The notes: generated from the sequence alone by a model not told the origin. Counted from the first letter of the stretch, positions 20,951-31,627 are shown. The stretch is 64,000 bases of DNA from an uncultured Verrucomicrobiae bacterium (GCA_963726745.1 CAVSDR010000006.1:416001-480000); one strand, 5' to 3'. Program-made: numbers and translations.

Positions 20951-21948
20951 TTTAGCCAGCGCTTTCCTGCTCGGCCTGGCGCTCGCCGGCCCGCTCGCGG
21001 CCGAGCCGTTCTTCAAAGGCGTGACCGTCTCCGCGCAGACCTGGGGCACGGAATGGCAGACGCCGCAGATGGCCGCGACGCTCGACGAGTTGAAGTCGTT
21101 AGGGGTGAACAGCATCGCGATTCATCCGTATGCACGGATCGAAAACGACGGGCACGTGACCTACCGGGTGCGCGACGAGAATCGCCACATCACCGTCCCG
21201 CTCGACTGGGCGCGCGAGCGCGGGATGTCGGTCATGCTCATCCCGCACATTGCTTATTGGGGCTCGAATTTTCTCTGGCGCGGCGAGATCGACTTCAAGA
21301 CGACCGAGGAATGGGACCGCTTTTTCGGCGACTACGAGTTTTGGATCGTGGAGATGGCGAAGACTCGCGGAAGCGCACGGCGCGGCCGTCTTTTGCATCG
21401 GGCTGGAGTTCACCCACGCGCAGGAATTCGACCAACGTTGGCGCAAGATCATCCGCGAGATCCGCAAGGTGTATCACGGGAAGCTGACCTACGGCGGCAA
21501 CTGGGACAGCTACCAGACGGTCAAGTTCTGGGATGCGCTCGATTACCTCGGCGTGCTCGCTTATTTCCCGATCTCGCAGGCGGCCAACCCAAGCATGGAC
21601 GATCTCGCCGACGGCTGGAAAAGAATGGGGCGTGAACTTGCTGCCTATTCCCGAAAGAATGGCGGCAAGCAGGTCCTCTTCGTCGAGGTGGGCTACAACG
21701 AAAGCGCGAAAGCGGCGAAGCAGCCGTGGAGTTTCGAGACTGGCGGCGAAGGCGCGTTTGAGATTCAGCAGCGCTGTGTCGCCGCGGCCCTCTCGTTAGG
21801 CGCGAACCCGCCGCCGTGGCTCGCGGGGATGTATTTCTGGAAGTGGTTCCCGGAAATTCCCGGCCGCGAGGAAAAGGAAAATTTCCGCCTGCAGACGCCG
21901 GAGGTGAAAGCGCTGATTAAAAAATACTGGGCCGCCGCAGAGCGCTGA
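20928..21948 (+). CDS. Secreted glycoside hydrolase family 113-like protein (frameshift near 21364)
   Basis: Signal peptide, WRGEI, CIGLE, YGGNWD, FWDALDYLGVLAYFP, FVEVGY, GMYFWKW. Confidence 0.78.
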
Positions 21949-21957
21949 ATCTTTTTC

Positions 21958-22106
21958 TCTGGGGAGCGCAGGCTGCCAGCCTGCAGTTTCCGGCAGCTTG
22001 CCGGAAACACCGCGCGACGCTCCCTCACCTCCCGAGCGACCGATGTCTCTCAGTGGTCGCGGCAAGGCTGCCGCGCCCGACAGGCTGGCAGCCTGTGCTC
22101 CCCAGA
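21958..22106. repeat. Composite REP/REPIN-like inverted-repeat element between convergent genes
   Basis: Arms 21958-21983 and 22081-22106 are reverse complements at 25/26 nt and each is self-palindromic; inner hairpins at 21986-22008 and 22058-22075. Confidence 0.8.
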
Positions 22107-22118
22107 AAAGAGAGCCGC

Positions 22119-23876
22119 CTAGACCTTGCGCCCAAACTTCCGCTCCAGTTCGCCGTGTGAGATCTGGATCATCGTCGGCCGCCCGTGCGGGCAGCAATAG
22201 GGCAACTCGCAGGCGAGCAGGTCGCGAATGAGCTTCTCCACTTCCGGGTAACGCAGCGGATCGTTCGCCTTGACCGCGTGCCGGCAAACGGTCTTCGCGA
22301 TCATGTCCTCGCCCAGGCGCAGCGCGGAGCTTTGGCTGCTCACGCTCCGCAGGCCATCGATCACTTCGCGCATGAAACGCACCGGATCGCTCGCGGTCAG
22401 GAAGGTCGGCAGGCTGTCGATCTTGAAGGTCTGCGGGCCAAACGGCTCGATCCCGATCCCCATTTTTTGCAAGGTCCGGAGGTTGCGCTCGACCCACTCG
22501 GCATCGCGCGGCGCGAGGTCGAAGGTCTGCGCCAGCAGGAGCCGCTGCGAAGGCACGCCCTCGGCCTCCATCCGGCGGCGGAGTTCCTCGAAGAGGATCC
22601 GCTCATGCGCCGCGTGCTGGTCCACCAGCACCAGGCCGTTGGCGTTTTCCATCAGGACGTAAAGTCGGTTGAGCACGCCGATGATCTGAAATTGCTGGTC
22701 GCGCGGCGGCGGATCGTTCGGCGGCACCGGCAGGAGCGGCGCGGTCTGGTCGGTCTGGGCAAAAGCGAAGCGCGCGAAAGCGTCGACTGGTTCCGGTTGG
22801 GCCGCGTTTTCCTGCGGCTCGGCGTGCATCACCGGCAGGCTCTCGGCGGTCGGCAGCGGCGCCTGGAATTGTCCCTGCCATTCGGCCCGCCCGCTCTCGA
22901 GCGTCCGGCGAATCGCGGCCACGACCGCTTCCTTGACCGCGCCCGGATCACGGAAGCGGACTTCGCGTTTCGCCGGGTGCACGTTCACGTCGACCGCGCC
23001 GGGGTCCATCCCTAACGAGAGGAAGGTCACCGGGTATTGGCCCTTCATCAGCGCGGTGTGATAACCCTCGCGCAAGGCGGCGTTCAAGACCGCGCCCTCG
23101 ATCGCGCGGCCGTTCACGAAGATGAGCTGCTGCGCCCGGGTCGAGCGGCTCACGCCCGCCTGCCCGATCAAGCCGGAGACGCGAATCTTGCTGTCTGTTT
23201 CCGGGACCTCGAGCAGGCGCTCGACCAACTCGCTGCCATACAAATCGCGCAGCCGCTCGCGCAACGATGAAGCCGCCGGGAGCTGGAAGACCACCCGCTC
23301 GTCCCGCACGAAAGTGAAGGCGACCGACGGATGCCCCGCGGCCTGCAGGTGAAGCTGATGCTCGATGTTCCGGCTCTCGGTATTCTCCGAGCGCAGAAAT
23401 TTCCGGCGCGCCGGAAGATTGAAGAAAAGCGAGCGCGCCTCGATCTGCGTGCCGGGCGCTTCGCCGCCGTCGCGCACGGTCTCGATCTTCCCGCCGGAAA
23501 CGAGAATCTCCGTGCCCGCGACCGCATCCGGTTCACGAGTCGTTAGGCGAAAACGCGAGACGCTGGCAATGCTTGGGAGCGCTTCGCCGCGGAAGCCGAG
23601 GGTGCCAATGGCCGCGAGATCGTCGGCTGTGCGAATCTTGCTCGTGGCATGCCGCTCCAGCGCGAGGAGCGCGTCGTCCCGGTCCATCCCGCAGCCGTCG
23701 TCGAGCACGCGAATGAGCGACATCCCGCCGCGCTTGATCACCACCTCGATCTTGCGCGCGCCGGCATCGAGGCTGTTCTCGACCAGCTCCTTGACCACCG
23801 AGGCGGGCCGCTCGACCACCTCCCCCGCAGCCACCTGGCTGGCGAGGATGTCGGGTAAAAGACGGATGCGGCTCAT
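22119..23876 (-). CDS. mutL: DNA mismatch repair endonuclease MutL
   Basis: AAGEVVERPASVVKELVENS, GFRGEAL, DQHAAHERILFE, CPHGRP. Confidence 0.97.
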   Translation of the reverse strand: MSRIRLLPDILASQVAAGEVVERPASVVKELVENSLDAGARKIEVVIKRGGMSLIRVLDDGCGMDRDDALLALERHATSKIRTADDLAAIGTLGFRGEALPSIASVSRFRLTTREPDAVAGTEILVSGGKIETVRDGGEAPGTQIEARSLFFNLPARRKFLRSENTESRNIEHQLHLQAAGHPSVAFTFVRDERVVFQLPAASSLRERLRDLYGSELVERLLEVPETDSKIRVSGLIGQAGVSRSTRAQQLIFVNGRAIEGAVLNAALREGYHTALMKGQYPVTFLSLGMDPGAVDVNVHPAKREVRFRDPGAVKEAVVAAIRRTLESGRAEWQGQFQAPLPTAESLPVMHAEPQENAAQPEPVDAFARFAFAQTDQTAPLLPVPPNDPPPRDQQFQIIGVLNRLYVLMENANGLVLVDQHAAHERILFEELRRRMEAEGVPSQRLLLAQTFDLAPRDAEWVERNLRTLQKMGIGIEPFGPQTFKIDSLPTFLTASDPVRFMREVIDGLRSVSSQSSALRLGEDMIAKTVCRHAVKANDPLRYPEVEKLIRDLLACELPYCCPHGRPTMIQISHGELERKFGRKV

Positions 23877-23987
23877 GGGACCGGGGAATCTAGATTTCCC
23901 GGTTTCGATTGCGAGGGAAACCGCAGCCGCTGCGCGTCCCGGCGGTTTGACCATGCCGACGCGAGGCGATACCCTCTCCCCAGCCCC

Positions 23988-24323
23988 ATGATCACCGTGA
24001 CCGACAACGCTGTGCAGCAATTGCGCGCGCTCCTGGCCGAACAGCCGGACGCGGCCGGCAAGGGCTTGCGCGTGCAGATTGCCAAGGGCGGCTGCTCCGG
24101 GATGCAATACGAGATGTCACTCGACTCGCACCGCGCGGGCGATGCGATTGTGGCGCGCGACGGGGTGGAGTTTTTTGTGGATCATGAGAGCGCCCAGCTG
24201 CTGCGTGGAGCGGTGCTCGATTATCACGACGGCCTGACCGGCGCTGGCTTTCATTTCGAGAACCCGAACGCCGCCCGCACCTGTGGTTGCGGCACCTCGT
24301 TCGAACCCGCACGCCCGGCCTAA
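23988..24323 (+). CDS. iscA: Iron-sulfur cluster assembly accessory protein (HesB/IscA)
   Basis: GGCSGMQY, NPNA..CGCGTSF. Confidence 0.92.
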   Translation: MITVTDNAVQQLRALLAEQPDAAGKGLRVQIAKGGCSGMQYEMSLDSHRAGDAIVARDGVEFFVDHESAQLLRGAVLDYHDGLTGAGFHFENPNAARTCGCGTSFEPARPA

Positions 24324-24361
24324 CGAACGCCTGAGCCCGCGCTCGCTCCCCACGCGTTTCG

Positions 24362-25768
24362 ATGGATCACACGCTTTTTCGTTACGACGAGCCCTACGGC
24401 CGAGGCCGGCGCAAAGGCAATCCGTTCGCCTGGACGATTGCGATCCTTCTGCTCATCGGCCTGGCCTTCGCCACCTGGCTGAGCAGTCTCTACATCTTCA
24501 GCCAGCCGGAACGGCCGGACAGCTACCGCATCCTGCAGAAACTGCACAAGCTCGAGCAGCCAAAACGCTTCCAGCTGACCGCCGCGCCTGCCGGCGAATT
24601 CCTGAGCCCAAAGCAATTGCACGAGCGCTACGGCAAGCTCGGCCCGGCGGAGCTCGCGCGCACCAACGCGGAGCTCATCCGCAATTACATCCGCAACTAC
24701 TCGGCGGTGCGGGGCGCGGTCCCGTATGTGGTCGGCCGCTTCACGATCATGGAAGCGCGCGAGCTCGGGCCTAACGACCTCTTCACCACCGGCATGGTCG
24801 CGCTCGGCGGCGCGGTCGATTACGGCGAGGTCTTGCTCGAGCACGTCTACCCCGCGGATGCGCAGTCAGTCCCGCTGATGCAGGAAACGCTGGCAACCGG
24901 CCTGGAGATGAAGCTTGAGCGCGCGCACGACCTTTCCGCGATTATCCATGCGGAACATCTTTCGGATGGCCGGCTTCTGCTGACGGCGGTGCCGCTGCTC
25001 TACGGCAGTTACACGGTCACACAGGGCCGCGGAATGTTCAGCCTCGAGCCGCCCTACGACCTGAACATGGCCGCCGGCTGGCCGATCTTCAAAAGCGAAG
25101 GACGCCGCGCGGCGGAGGCAAAATTCGCCAGCTACCGCGAACGCTACGCGCCCGCCGTGCCGGGAATCAGCATTCCGGGCGTGGGCCCTAGTGCTACTCC
25201 CGTGGCCACGAACGAACTCGTGCGCGTGGAAACCGCCGTCCCGGTGCAGACGCCGACCGCGGCACCGCTCCTTGCGAAGAGCGACAAGGCCGTGAAAGCC
25301 ACGCCCACGCCAGCACCGGCCGCGAAGACGGCGAAGCCCGAAGAGGCATTGCCCGCGCTCCCGGTGAAGCCGGACACCGCGCTCGCTTCCACGGCCGGCG
25401 GCGGCACGTGGAAAACCTATCCTGCCGGCAAAATGCCCGCCGGCCGCCTCATCACCACGAGCGATCTCGGCGACGTGGCCGAGCGCGGTCTCGCGGGCGA
25501 ACGCGTTTACCTGCGCGGCCAATTCGTCGTCAATTTCGCCGAGGGCAACCGCGCCGTCCTCCGTCCGAAGAGCAACATGGCGGAATCGGTGCTGCACCTC
25601 GGCGCCCCCTCCTCCACCCGCATCGTGGTCGAGTTTCCCGCCGGCCATACGCCGCCGGCTCCCGGTTCCACGGTCACGCGGGATCAGGCGCAGCCCTACG
25701 AGATTACCGAAGTGCGCAAGCAGAGCGACGGGCAGTTGAACGTTTTCGTGCGCGAGATCATGCAGTAG
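24362..25768 (+). CDS. Hypothetical membrane-anchored protein with Pro/Ala/Thr-rich linker
   Basis: 468-aa ORF, one N-terminal TM, core codon usage. Confidence 0.75.
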   Translation: MDHTLFRYDEPYGRGRRKGNPFAWTIAILLLIGLAFATWLSSLYIFSQPERPDSYRILQKLHKLEQPKRFQLTAAPAGEFLSPKQLHERYGKLGPAELARTNAELIRNYIRNYSAVRGAVPYVVGRFTIMEARELGPNDLFTTGMVALGGAVDYGEVLLEHVYPADAQSVPLMQETLATGLEMKLERAHDLSAIIHAEHLSDGRLLLTAVPLLYGSYTVTQGRGMFSLEPPYDLNMAAGWPIFKSEGRRAAEAKFASYRERYAPAVPGISIPGVGPSATPVATNELVRVETAVPVQTPTAAPLLAKSDKAVKATPTPAPAAKTAKPEEALPALPVKPDTALASTAGGGTWKTYPAGKMPAGRLITTSDLGDVAERGLAGERVYLRGQFVVNFAEGNRAVLRPKSNMAESVLHLGAPSSTRIVVEFPAGHTPPAPGSTVTRDQAQPYEITEVRKQSDGQLNVFVREIMQ

Positions 25769-25798
25769 CGCGGTCCGGCCAAGACCGGCGACAACTCG

Positions 25799-26509
25799 TT
25801 AGCCGCGCGTCTCGCCGATGACCCGCTCGCCTTCGATCCGGAAGACGGCCACATCGTTGTCGTCCAGCCATTGGCCGATCATCGAGCGGATCGTCGACCA
25901 GCCAAAAAGCCGCCGATCGAGAAATTCCGCCGGGACCGATTGGTCGCCGATCTTGAGGTCGAAAATCTCTGCGCGGGTGGGATCGCCATCCGCAGCCGAG
26001 CGCACCGAAGCCTCGCCGTTGAGATAACGGCCGCCCATGAAAATGATGTTTTTGAGCGGAATGCTCACCTGCACGTGGCCGACGCCGTTGGCCACCGTGA
26101 CAAAGGCTTTCCCGCGCGTGTTTCGGCTGCCCGCGAGCAGGGCGTTGATCTCGTTAGCCGACAACTCGATCCGCGCTTTCTCATGGCGACGCGCCGCTTT
26201 CTCAAATGCTTTCCAGCGTCGCTCGACCGGCTCGACCGGCACCGGGAGCGCCGGCAAGGGCGCGGCGTTTCCGTTGGGCAGCGCCGGCGTGGGCGATGGC
26301 GCAGGCAGCGCCACGCTGTTCTCGGAGAACTCCGGCAACACCAGCGGCTCGGTGGAGGAATAGTTCTGCCGCACATGATGCAGCGCCCAGAAGGCGCCGC
26401 CGACAAACGCGACCGCGAGGAAAAGGAAAAAGCCGATGAAGGCAAGGCAACCAATGCCGAGACAACCGGTGCCGGCGCGAGGTGGAGGGGGAACGGTCTG
26501 GGTATTCAT
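25799..26509 (-). CDS. Hypothetical membrane-anchored protein
   Basis: GCLGIGC + TM segment, Pro-rich linker; ATGA overlap with the HIT gene. Confidence 0.7.
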   Translation of the reverse strand: MNTQTVPPPPRAGTGCLGIGCLAFIGFFLFLAVAFVGGAFWALHHVRQNYSSTEPLVLPEFSENSVALPAPSPTPALPNGNAAPLPALPVPVEPVERRWKAFEKAARRHEKARIELSANEINALLAGSRNTRGKAFVTVANGVGHVQVSIPLKNIIFMGGRYLNGEASVRSAADGDPTRAEIFDLKIGDQSVPAEFLDRRLFGWSTIRSMIGQWLDDNDVAVFRIEGERVIGETRG

Positions 26510-27033
26510 GAGGGATTCGGGAGGCTGGCCTGCGCCGCGAGGAGTTTGGCATACAAGCTCTCCAAGCCTTCCGAGAGCAGGCGCGTGCCGCTGAGCACCG
26601 GCATAAAATTGGTGTCGCCATTCCAGCGCGGGACGATGTGCAGATGGAGGTGATCGGGCACGCCCGCGCCGGCGCAGCTCCCGAGGTTCAGCCCGATGTT
26701 AAAGCCTTGCGCCTGCATCGTCGCGCGCAAGAGCCGCTGCCCGTGCATCGCCAGGCTCCAGAGCTCGAGCACTTCGTTTTCGCCTAACGAGTCCGCGTCC
26801 GCGGTCTTCCGATACGGCACCGCCATCAGGTGGCCGACCGCATACGGGTAGCGGTTCATCATCAGGAAAGCGTTCTTCCGCCGCGTGAGCACAAGGTGCG
26901 CGGCATCGTCGCTCGCGCGCGCCGCCGTGCTTAGGAAGTCCGGGTCGGCCTTTTCCTTTTCGAAATACTCCACCCGCCACGGGCACCAGAGCGTTTCAAT
27001 CTCGGCCTTGGGAAAATTTTGCGCGTCGCTCAA
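26506..27033 (-). CDS. HIT family hydrolase (Ap4A phosphorylase/FHIT-like)
   Basis: ETLWCPWR, NRYPYAVGHLM, GFNIGLN, HLHLHIVPRW; TTG start at 27033 assumed. Confidence 0.9.
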   Translation of the reverse strand: MSDAQNFPKAEIETLWCPWRVEYFEKEKADPDFLSTAARASDDAAHLVLTRRKNAFLMMNRYPYAVGHLMAVPYRKTADADSLGENEVLELWSLAMHGQRLLRATMQAQGFNIGLNLGSCAGAGVPDHLHLHIVPRWNGDTNFMPVLSGTRLLSEGLESLYAKLLAAQASLPNPS

Positions 27034-27068
27034 AGCAGGGAAACGATTCCCGCGCCCGCAGGCAAAGT

Positions 27069-28478
27069 CTAATGGTTCCGCTGCAGGAGCCGGTAACGCC
27101 GCGGCCGACCGTTGACCGTGATCTCGCCGGCTAATTCCGAGGCGCGCGCTTCCGGCAAGGCCGCGAGCAGGCCTGCGATTTCCTCCTCCGGCGCGACCAG
27201 CGCGTCGATCTCGCCGCGGCGCCAGCGCGTGAGCGCGTCGTCTGTTTTCATGAATTGCGTTCGCCGCAGATAAAGCAGCAGGCCTTCCTCTTTCCCGCCG
27301 ATGACTTCGTAGCGCTCCGTCCGCGCGCGCACATTTTCGGAGAAACGCACCAGGGCGCCGTCGTCGTGCCGGTAGCTCACGATGATTTTTTGCGCGGCGT
27401 ATCCGCCGGTGAAAATGCCGGCTAAAACCAGCGCCCAGATGCTCCAGCGGCGTGCGCGCGCATCGGTCCAGGCCGCGAGCAGCAGGCAAAGCGGCGGCAG
27501 CACCGGGAAAATCCGATCGACCCGCTTCGACGGAATCAGCGACATCACCAGCAAACCGCCAAGGCTCCAGCAGACCAGCCAGCAAACTTCCGGCGAAAAC
27601 TTTTCCCGCCGACGCCACCACGCCAGCGCGAGCAGGAGCACGCTCCAGGGCGCGAACTTGTGCAGGAGATGCGGCAGGTAAAAATAGAACGGCTGCGGGC
27701 GGTGGACGGTCTCGCCGAAACGGCCGGCAAATTCCCGCAGCACCACCTGCTCGTAGAAGCCCGGCATCCACGCGATCCCGCCGGCAGCCCAGAGCAGGAA
27801 GACGGCGAGCGAAGCGAGCCACGGCCACCAACCGCACCATGCGCTCGTCTGCGGCGCGCGTTTCCGCGCCCAGAGTTGATAGGCGACAATCCCCGGCAGG
27901 AGAAAGGCGTAGACGATCGGGCCCTTGATCAACATCGAGGCCGTAAGCAGGGCAAAAATCAGCCAGCGATCTCCGCGCGACCAGGGCTCCGCGGCCGCGA
28001 TTTTGCGCCAGATCACCAGCCCGAGCGCAAAGATCACCAGCGCCAGCGGCATGTCCGTGCGCACCAGCGTGGCCAGCCGCGGCGCGAGCAAGTTTAAGCC
28101 AAAAGCCGCGAGCGCGAGCAGCGCCGCGAGCGCGCCGTAACGCTCCCGCGCCGCGCGCCAAAGCAAAATAGCCAGCAAGATGGCGGCGGTGAACGAAGGC
28201 AACCGCCAGGCCAGCGTCCACGAGCGCGTGACCGCATGGAGCCCGGCCGAGATCCAGCCGACCAGCGGCGGCTTGGTCGCGATCTTGCCGTTGGGCGTGT
28301 GCTGGTAAAACCAGTGGCCCGCTTCGGTCATCTCAAAGGAGGTAAAGGCCTGCTTCGCCTGGTCGTAATCGTCCAGCGTCCAGGGCAGATTCGTTAGGCT
28401 AAAAAGAAGCGCGAGCAACAGCGCCACCGCCACCAGCGGCCCGCGGCGCTCGAGCAAGTCGCCGTCTATTCCTGCCAT
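27069..28478 (-). CDS. ArnT/PMT-family (GT-C) glycosyltransferase
   Basis: KPPLVGW, WRLPS, RTDMPL, IKGP, HRPQPFYFY, SKRVDRIFP. Confidence 0.85.
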   Translation of the reverse strand: MAGIDGDLLERRGPLVAVALLLALLFSLTNLPWTLDDYDQAKQAFTSFEMTEAGHWFYQHTPNGKIATKPPLVGWISAGLHAVTRSWTLAWRLPSFTAAILLAILLWRAARERYGALAALLALAAFGLNLLAPRLATLVRTDMPLALVIFALGLVIWRKIAAAEPWSRGDRWLIFALLTASMLIKGPIVYAFLLPGIVAYQLWARKRAPQTSAWCGWWPWLASLAVFLLWAAGGIAWMPGFYEQVVLREFAGRFGETVHRPQPFYFYLPHLLHKFAPWSVLLLALAWWRRREKFSPEVCWLVCWSLGGLLVMSLIPSKRVDRIFPVLPPLCLLLAAWTDARARRWSIWALVLAGIFTGGYAAQKIIVSYRHDDGALVRFSENVRARTERYEVIGGKEEGLLLYLRRTQFMKTDDALTRWRRGEIDALVAPEEEIAGLLAALPEARASELAGEITVNGRPRRYRLLQRNH

Positions 28479-29110
28479 AGAATCGCGCGCACCGGCGAGC
28501 CGTCGCCGCCCGCGATCTTCAGCGGCAGCGCCGAGAGGCGATAGCGCCCGGCCGCGACCGCGCGCAGGTCTAGCGACTCCAGAATTGCGATCCCCGCAGC
28601 ACCGAGCGCGTGATGATTAGGCAGCGACTTGGAGGTGATCTCATCGACCGAAGGGACGTCAAACCCGAGCAATTGCACGCCCCGCGCCTGCAGCCATGCC
28701 GGCACTTCCGGCGCGATCGTCGGGATCGCCTCCGGAAAAACTTCCGAGTCGGTCCAGACGTTCGTCTTCAGGAGCAAACGCGGGATCGTCCGCAGCTCCT
28801 CGCTCCAGGCCGCGAGATCGTCGACCGTGATTTGCGGAAGCTCGCCGCCGGAATATTTAGCCGACAAATCGGCCACGATCACCGGCCCGAGATAAACCTC
28901 CAATCGCGCCTGCTCGATCGTCCAGCCATCGTCCTCGAAATGGAAACGCGCGTCCGCGTGGGTCCCGTTGTGCAGGCTCTGGGTGATCATCCCGACGTTC
29001 ACGCTCGAGCCGGTGGCGATGGTGCCGTTGAGCTTGAACTCGAAGCCGACGTCGCCTGGCCAGGGCGCGAGCTTCTGCGTGAGCGTGCGGGAAACGTCGA
29101 AGATTTTCAT
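28466..29110 (-). CDS. kynB: Cyclase family protein / kynurenine formamidase
   Basis: PWPGD, HNGTHADA (HxGTHxD), GFDVPSVD, LPLKIAGGDGSPVRA. Confidence 0.8.
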   Translation of the reverse strand: MKIFDVSRTLTQKLAPWPGDVGFEFKLNGTIATGSSVNVGMITQSLHNGTHADARFHFEDDGWTIEQARLEVYLGPVIVADLSAKYSGGELPQITVDDLAAWSEELRTIPRLLLKTNVWTDSEVFPEAIPTIAPEVPAWLQARGVQLLGFDVPSVDEITSKSLPNHHALGAAGIAILESLDLRAVAAGRYRLSALPLKIAGGDGSPVRAILWQE

Positions 29111-29168
29111 GCGGCGTGAGCTTCCAGCTTGCGCAGCAAAAGAAGCAGGCGCAATCCTCCACCTGAGC

Positions 29169-30182
29169 ATGGACGACCGGATCGCACGACTGCACGCCGG
29201 CGGCGTGATCGATCTGCACTTCGATCTGCCGCTCGGGCTTTTCCTCGAGCAACCGCGCCGCGGCCTCATCGCATCCGATTTTCTCCCGCAGTTCGAAGCG
29301 GGCGGTCTGCATTTGCTCGGCCTCGCGCTCTACATCGAGGACAAGCATCTCGGCGAAGCGCTGCGCGTGGCGCTCGACCAGGTGGCGCTCCTGCTCGAGG
29401 AAATCGCGCAGACTCCGCAGCTCCAGCTTTGCCGGTCCTTTGCCGACATCTCGCCGGCTAAAATCAACCTCCTCCTGACCATGGAAGGCGCCGAGCCGCT
29501 CGGTGCACGACCTGCATCTCTTGCGCGTTTTTCACGAGCTGGGATTGCGCGCGCTTTCGCTCACGCACGTGCGCGCGAATGCGGCCGCGGCCGGCGGAGT
29601 CTTCGCCGCCAGCGGCTCGCCGGCAACCGGCCTAACGAGTTTCGGGCGCGAGCTGGTGCAGGAATGCGAGCGGCTCGGGATCATCCTCGACCTGGCGCAC
29701 ATCAACCCCGCCGGCTTCGAGGAAATCTGCGCGCTGACCCGCAAGCCGCTGATCGTCTCGCACAGCAACGCGCGCCGCTTTTACGACATCGAGCGCAACC
29801 TGAGCGACGAGCAAATCCGGATGATCGGCGCGCGCGGCGGCGTCATCGGGGTCAACGCCATCCTCACCAGCGGCACGAAAGCGGAGGCCACGCTCGACCG
29901 TTACGTCGATCACCTCGAGCACATCATTGACCTGATCGGGATTGATCGGCGTCGGGATCGGTTTCGATTTCTGCGAGTTCCTCTGGAAGCTGCTGCCCGC
30001 GGAGGAACTCGCGGCGATGGAGGCAAAACTCACGCGCCCGCATTTCCTGCCCGACCTGACGCACCACGCGCAGGCCGCAAACTTGACGCGGCGAAGCTGA
30101 TCGAGCGCGGCTTCACCGAAGCGAGCAGATCGAAAAAATTTTGCGCGGGAATTGGCTGCGCGTTCTGCGGGAATTGTTATGA
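29169..30182 (+). CDS. Membrane dipeptidase (peptidase M19) family protein (several indels)
   Basis: IDLHFD, MEGAEPL, LSLTH, LDLAH, VSHSN, RNLSDEQI, IGFDF split over frames. Confidence 0.82.
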
Positions 30183-31627
30183 CCACGATCGACGAATTTC
30201 ATCGGCGGAGAGTTCGTCGCGGCCGATCGGCGGGAAATATCTCGACAACATCGAGCCTGCGACCGGCACAGCCCTATTCGCAGGTGCCGGACAGCGAGGC
30301 GCGCGACGTCGAGGCGGCGGTGGCCGCGGCGGAGAAAGCGTTCGCCAGCTGGTCGAAAACGCCCGCCGCGGAGCGCTCGCAAATCATCCTGCGCATCGTC
30401 GATTTGATCGAGCGCGACCTGGAGAAACTCGCCCGCGCCGAGTCGATCGACACCGGCAAGCCGCTCACCCTCGCGCGCACTCTCGACATCCCGCGCGCGG
30501 CCTCGAATTTTCGCTTCTTCGCGACCGCGATCCTGCACACGGAAAACGAAGCGCACGTAACCGACGGCCTCGCCTTCAACTACACCCTGCGCCAGCCACG
30601 CGGGATTTGCGGGCTGATCTCGCCCTGGAATTTGCCGCTCTATTTGTTGAGCTGGAAGATCGCGCCCGCGATCGCCTGCGGGAATACCGCGGTCGCGAAA
30701 CCGAGCGAACTCACGCCGATGACCGCCTTTCTCCTCTGCGAGATCTGCCGCGAGGCTGGCCTGCCCGCCGGCGTGCTCAACATCGTCCACGGCACCGGCC
30801 CGAAGGTCGGGCAGGCGATCACGGCGCATCCGAAGATCGGCACCATCTCTTTCACCGGCGGGACGCTTACCGGACGCAGAGTCGCGGAGACCTGCGCGCC
30901 GATGTTCAAGAAAGTGTCGCTGGAACTTGGCGGCAAAAATCCCAACATCATCTTCGCCGACGCCGACCTCGAGGCGGCGCTCAACGGCAGCCTGCGCTCC
31001 TCTTTTGCGAACCAAGGGCAGGTTTGCCTCTGCGGTTCGCGCGTGTTTGTGGAGCGACCGATCTACCAGGATTTCGTCCAGCGCTTCGTGGAAAAAGCCG
31101 GCCGCTTGAAATTAGGCGACCCTTTGGAAACGACGACCGACCAGGGCGCGATCGTTTCGCAGACCCAGCTCGAGAAGGTGAAGTTTTACGTCGAGCTGGC
31201 GCAGCAGGAAGGCGGGACGATCGCGCTCGGTGGCCACGCCCCGGCTCCGCCTAACGAACGCTGCGCCGACGGTTATTTCTTCCCGCCCACGATCATCACC
31301 GATCTCCCGGTCGGCTGCCGGACGAACCGCGAGGAGATCTTCGGCCCGGTGATTTCGGTTACGCCATTCGACCGCGAGGACGAAGTCGTCGGCTATGCAA
31401 ACGACAACGAATACGGCCTGGCCGCGAGCGTCTGGACGCAAAACCTCAACCGCGCTCACCGCGTGGCCGAGCAAATCCAGACCGGCACCGTCTGGGTGAA
31501 CTGCTGGCTCCTGCGCGACCTGCGCGTCCCCTTCGGCGGGATGAAACAAAGCGGCGTCGGCCGCGAAGGCGGCAACGAAGCGCTTCACTTTTTCACCGAG
31601 CCGAAGAATATTTGCATCGCCCGTTAG
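30179..31627 (+). CDS. Aldehyde dehydrogenase, likely 2-aminomuconate/2-hydroxymuconate semialdehyde dehydrogenase (compensating indels at the N-terminus)
   Basis: SPWNLPL, LELGGKNP, NQGQVCLCGSR, WLLRDLRVPFGGMKQSG; kynurenine context. Confidence 0.88.
   Translation: MTTIDEFHRRRVRRGRSAGNISTTSSLRPAQPYSQVPDSEARDVEAAVAAAEKAFASWSKTPAAERSQIILRIVDLIERDLEKLARAESIDTGKPLTLARTLDIPRAASNFRFFATAILHTENEAHVTDGLAFNYTLRQPRGICGLISPWNLPLYLLSWKIAPAIACGNTAVAKPSELTPMTAFLLCEICREAGLPAGVLNIVHGTGPKVGQAITAHPKIGTISFTGGTLTGRRVAETCAPMFKKVSLELGGKNPNIIFADADLEAALNGSLRSSFANQGQVCLCGSRVFVERPIYQDFVQRFVEKAGRLKLGDPLETTTDQGAIVSQTQLEKVKFYVELAQQEGGTIALGGHAPAPPNERCADGYFFPPTIITDLPVGCRTNREEIFGPVISVTPFDREDEVVGYANDNEYGLAASVWTQNLNRAHRVAEQIQTGTVWVNCWLLRDLRVPFGGMKQSGVGREGGNEALHFFTEPKNICIAR

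Noticed and set aside
26998..27000. Possible ATT start codon for the HIT gene (I-E-T-L-W where homologues often begin M-E-x-L-W)
   Set aside because: An in-frame TTG at 27033 is available, and a base-call error cannot be excluded.
26506..28221. 571-aa ORF suggesting a long N-terminal fusion to the HIT domain
   Set aside because: The upstream part is an off-frame shadow of the ArnT-like gene; HIT similarity starts at about 27000.
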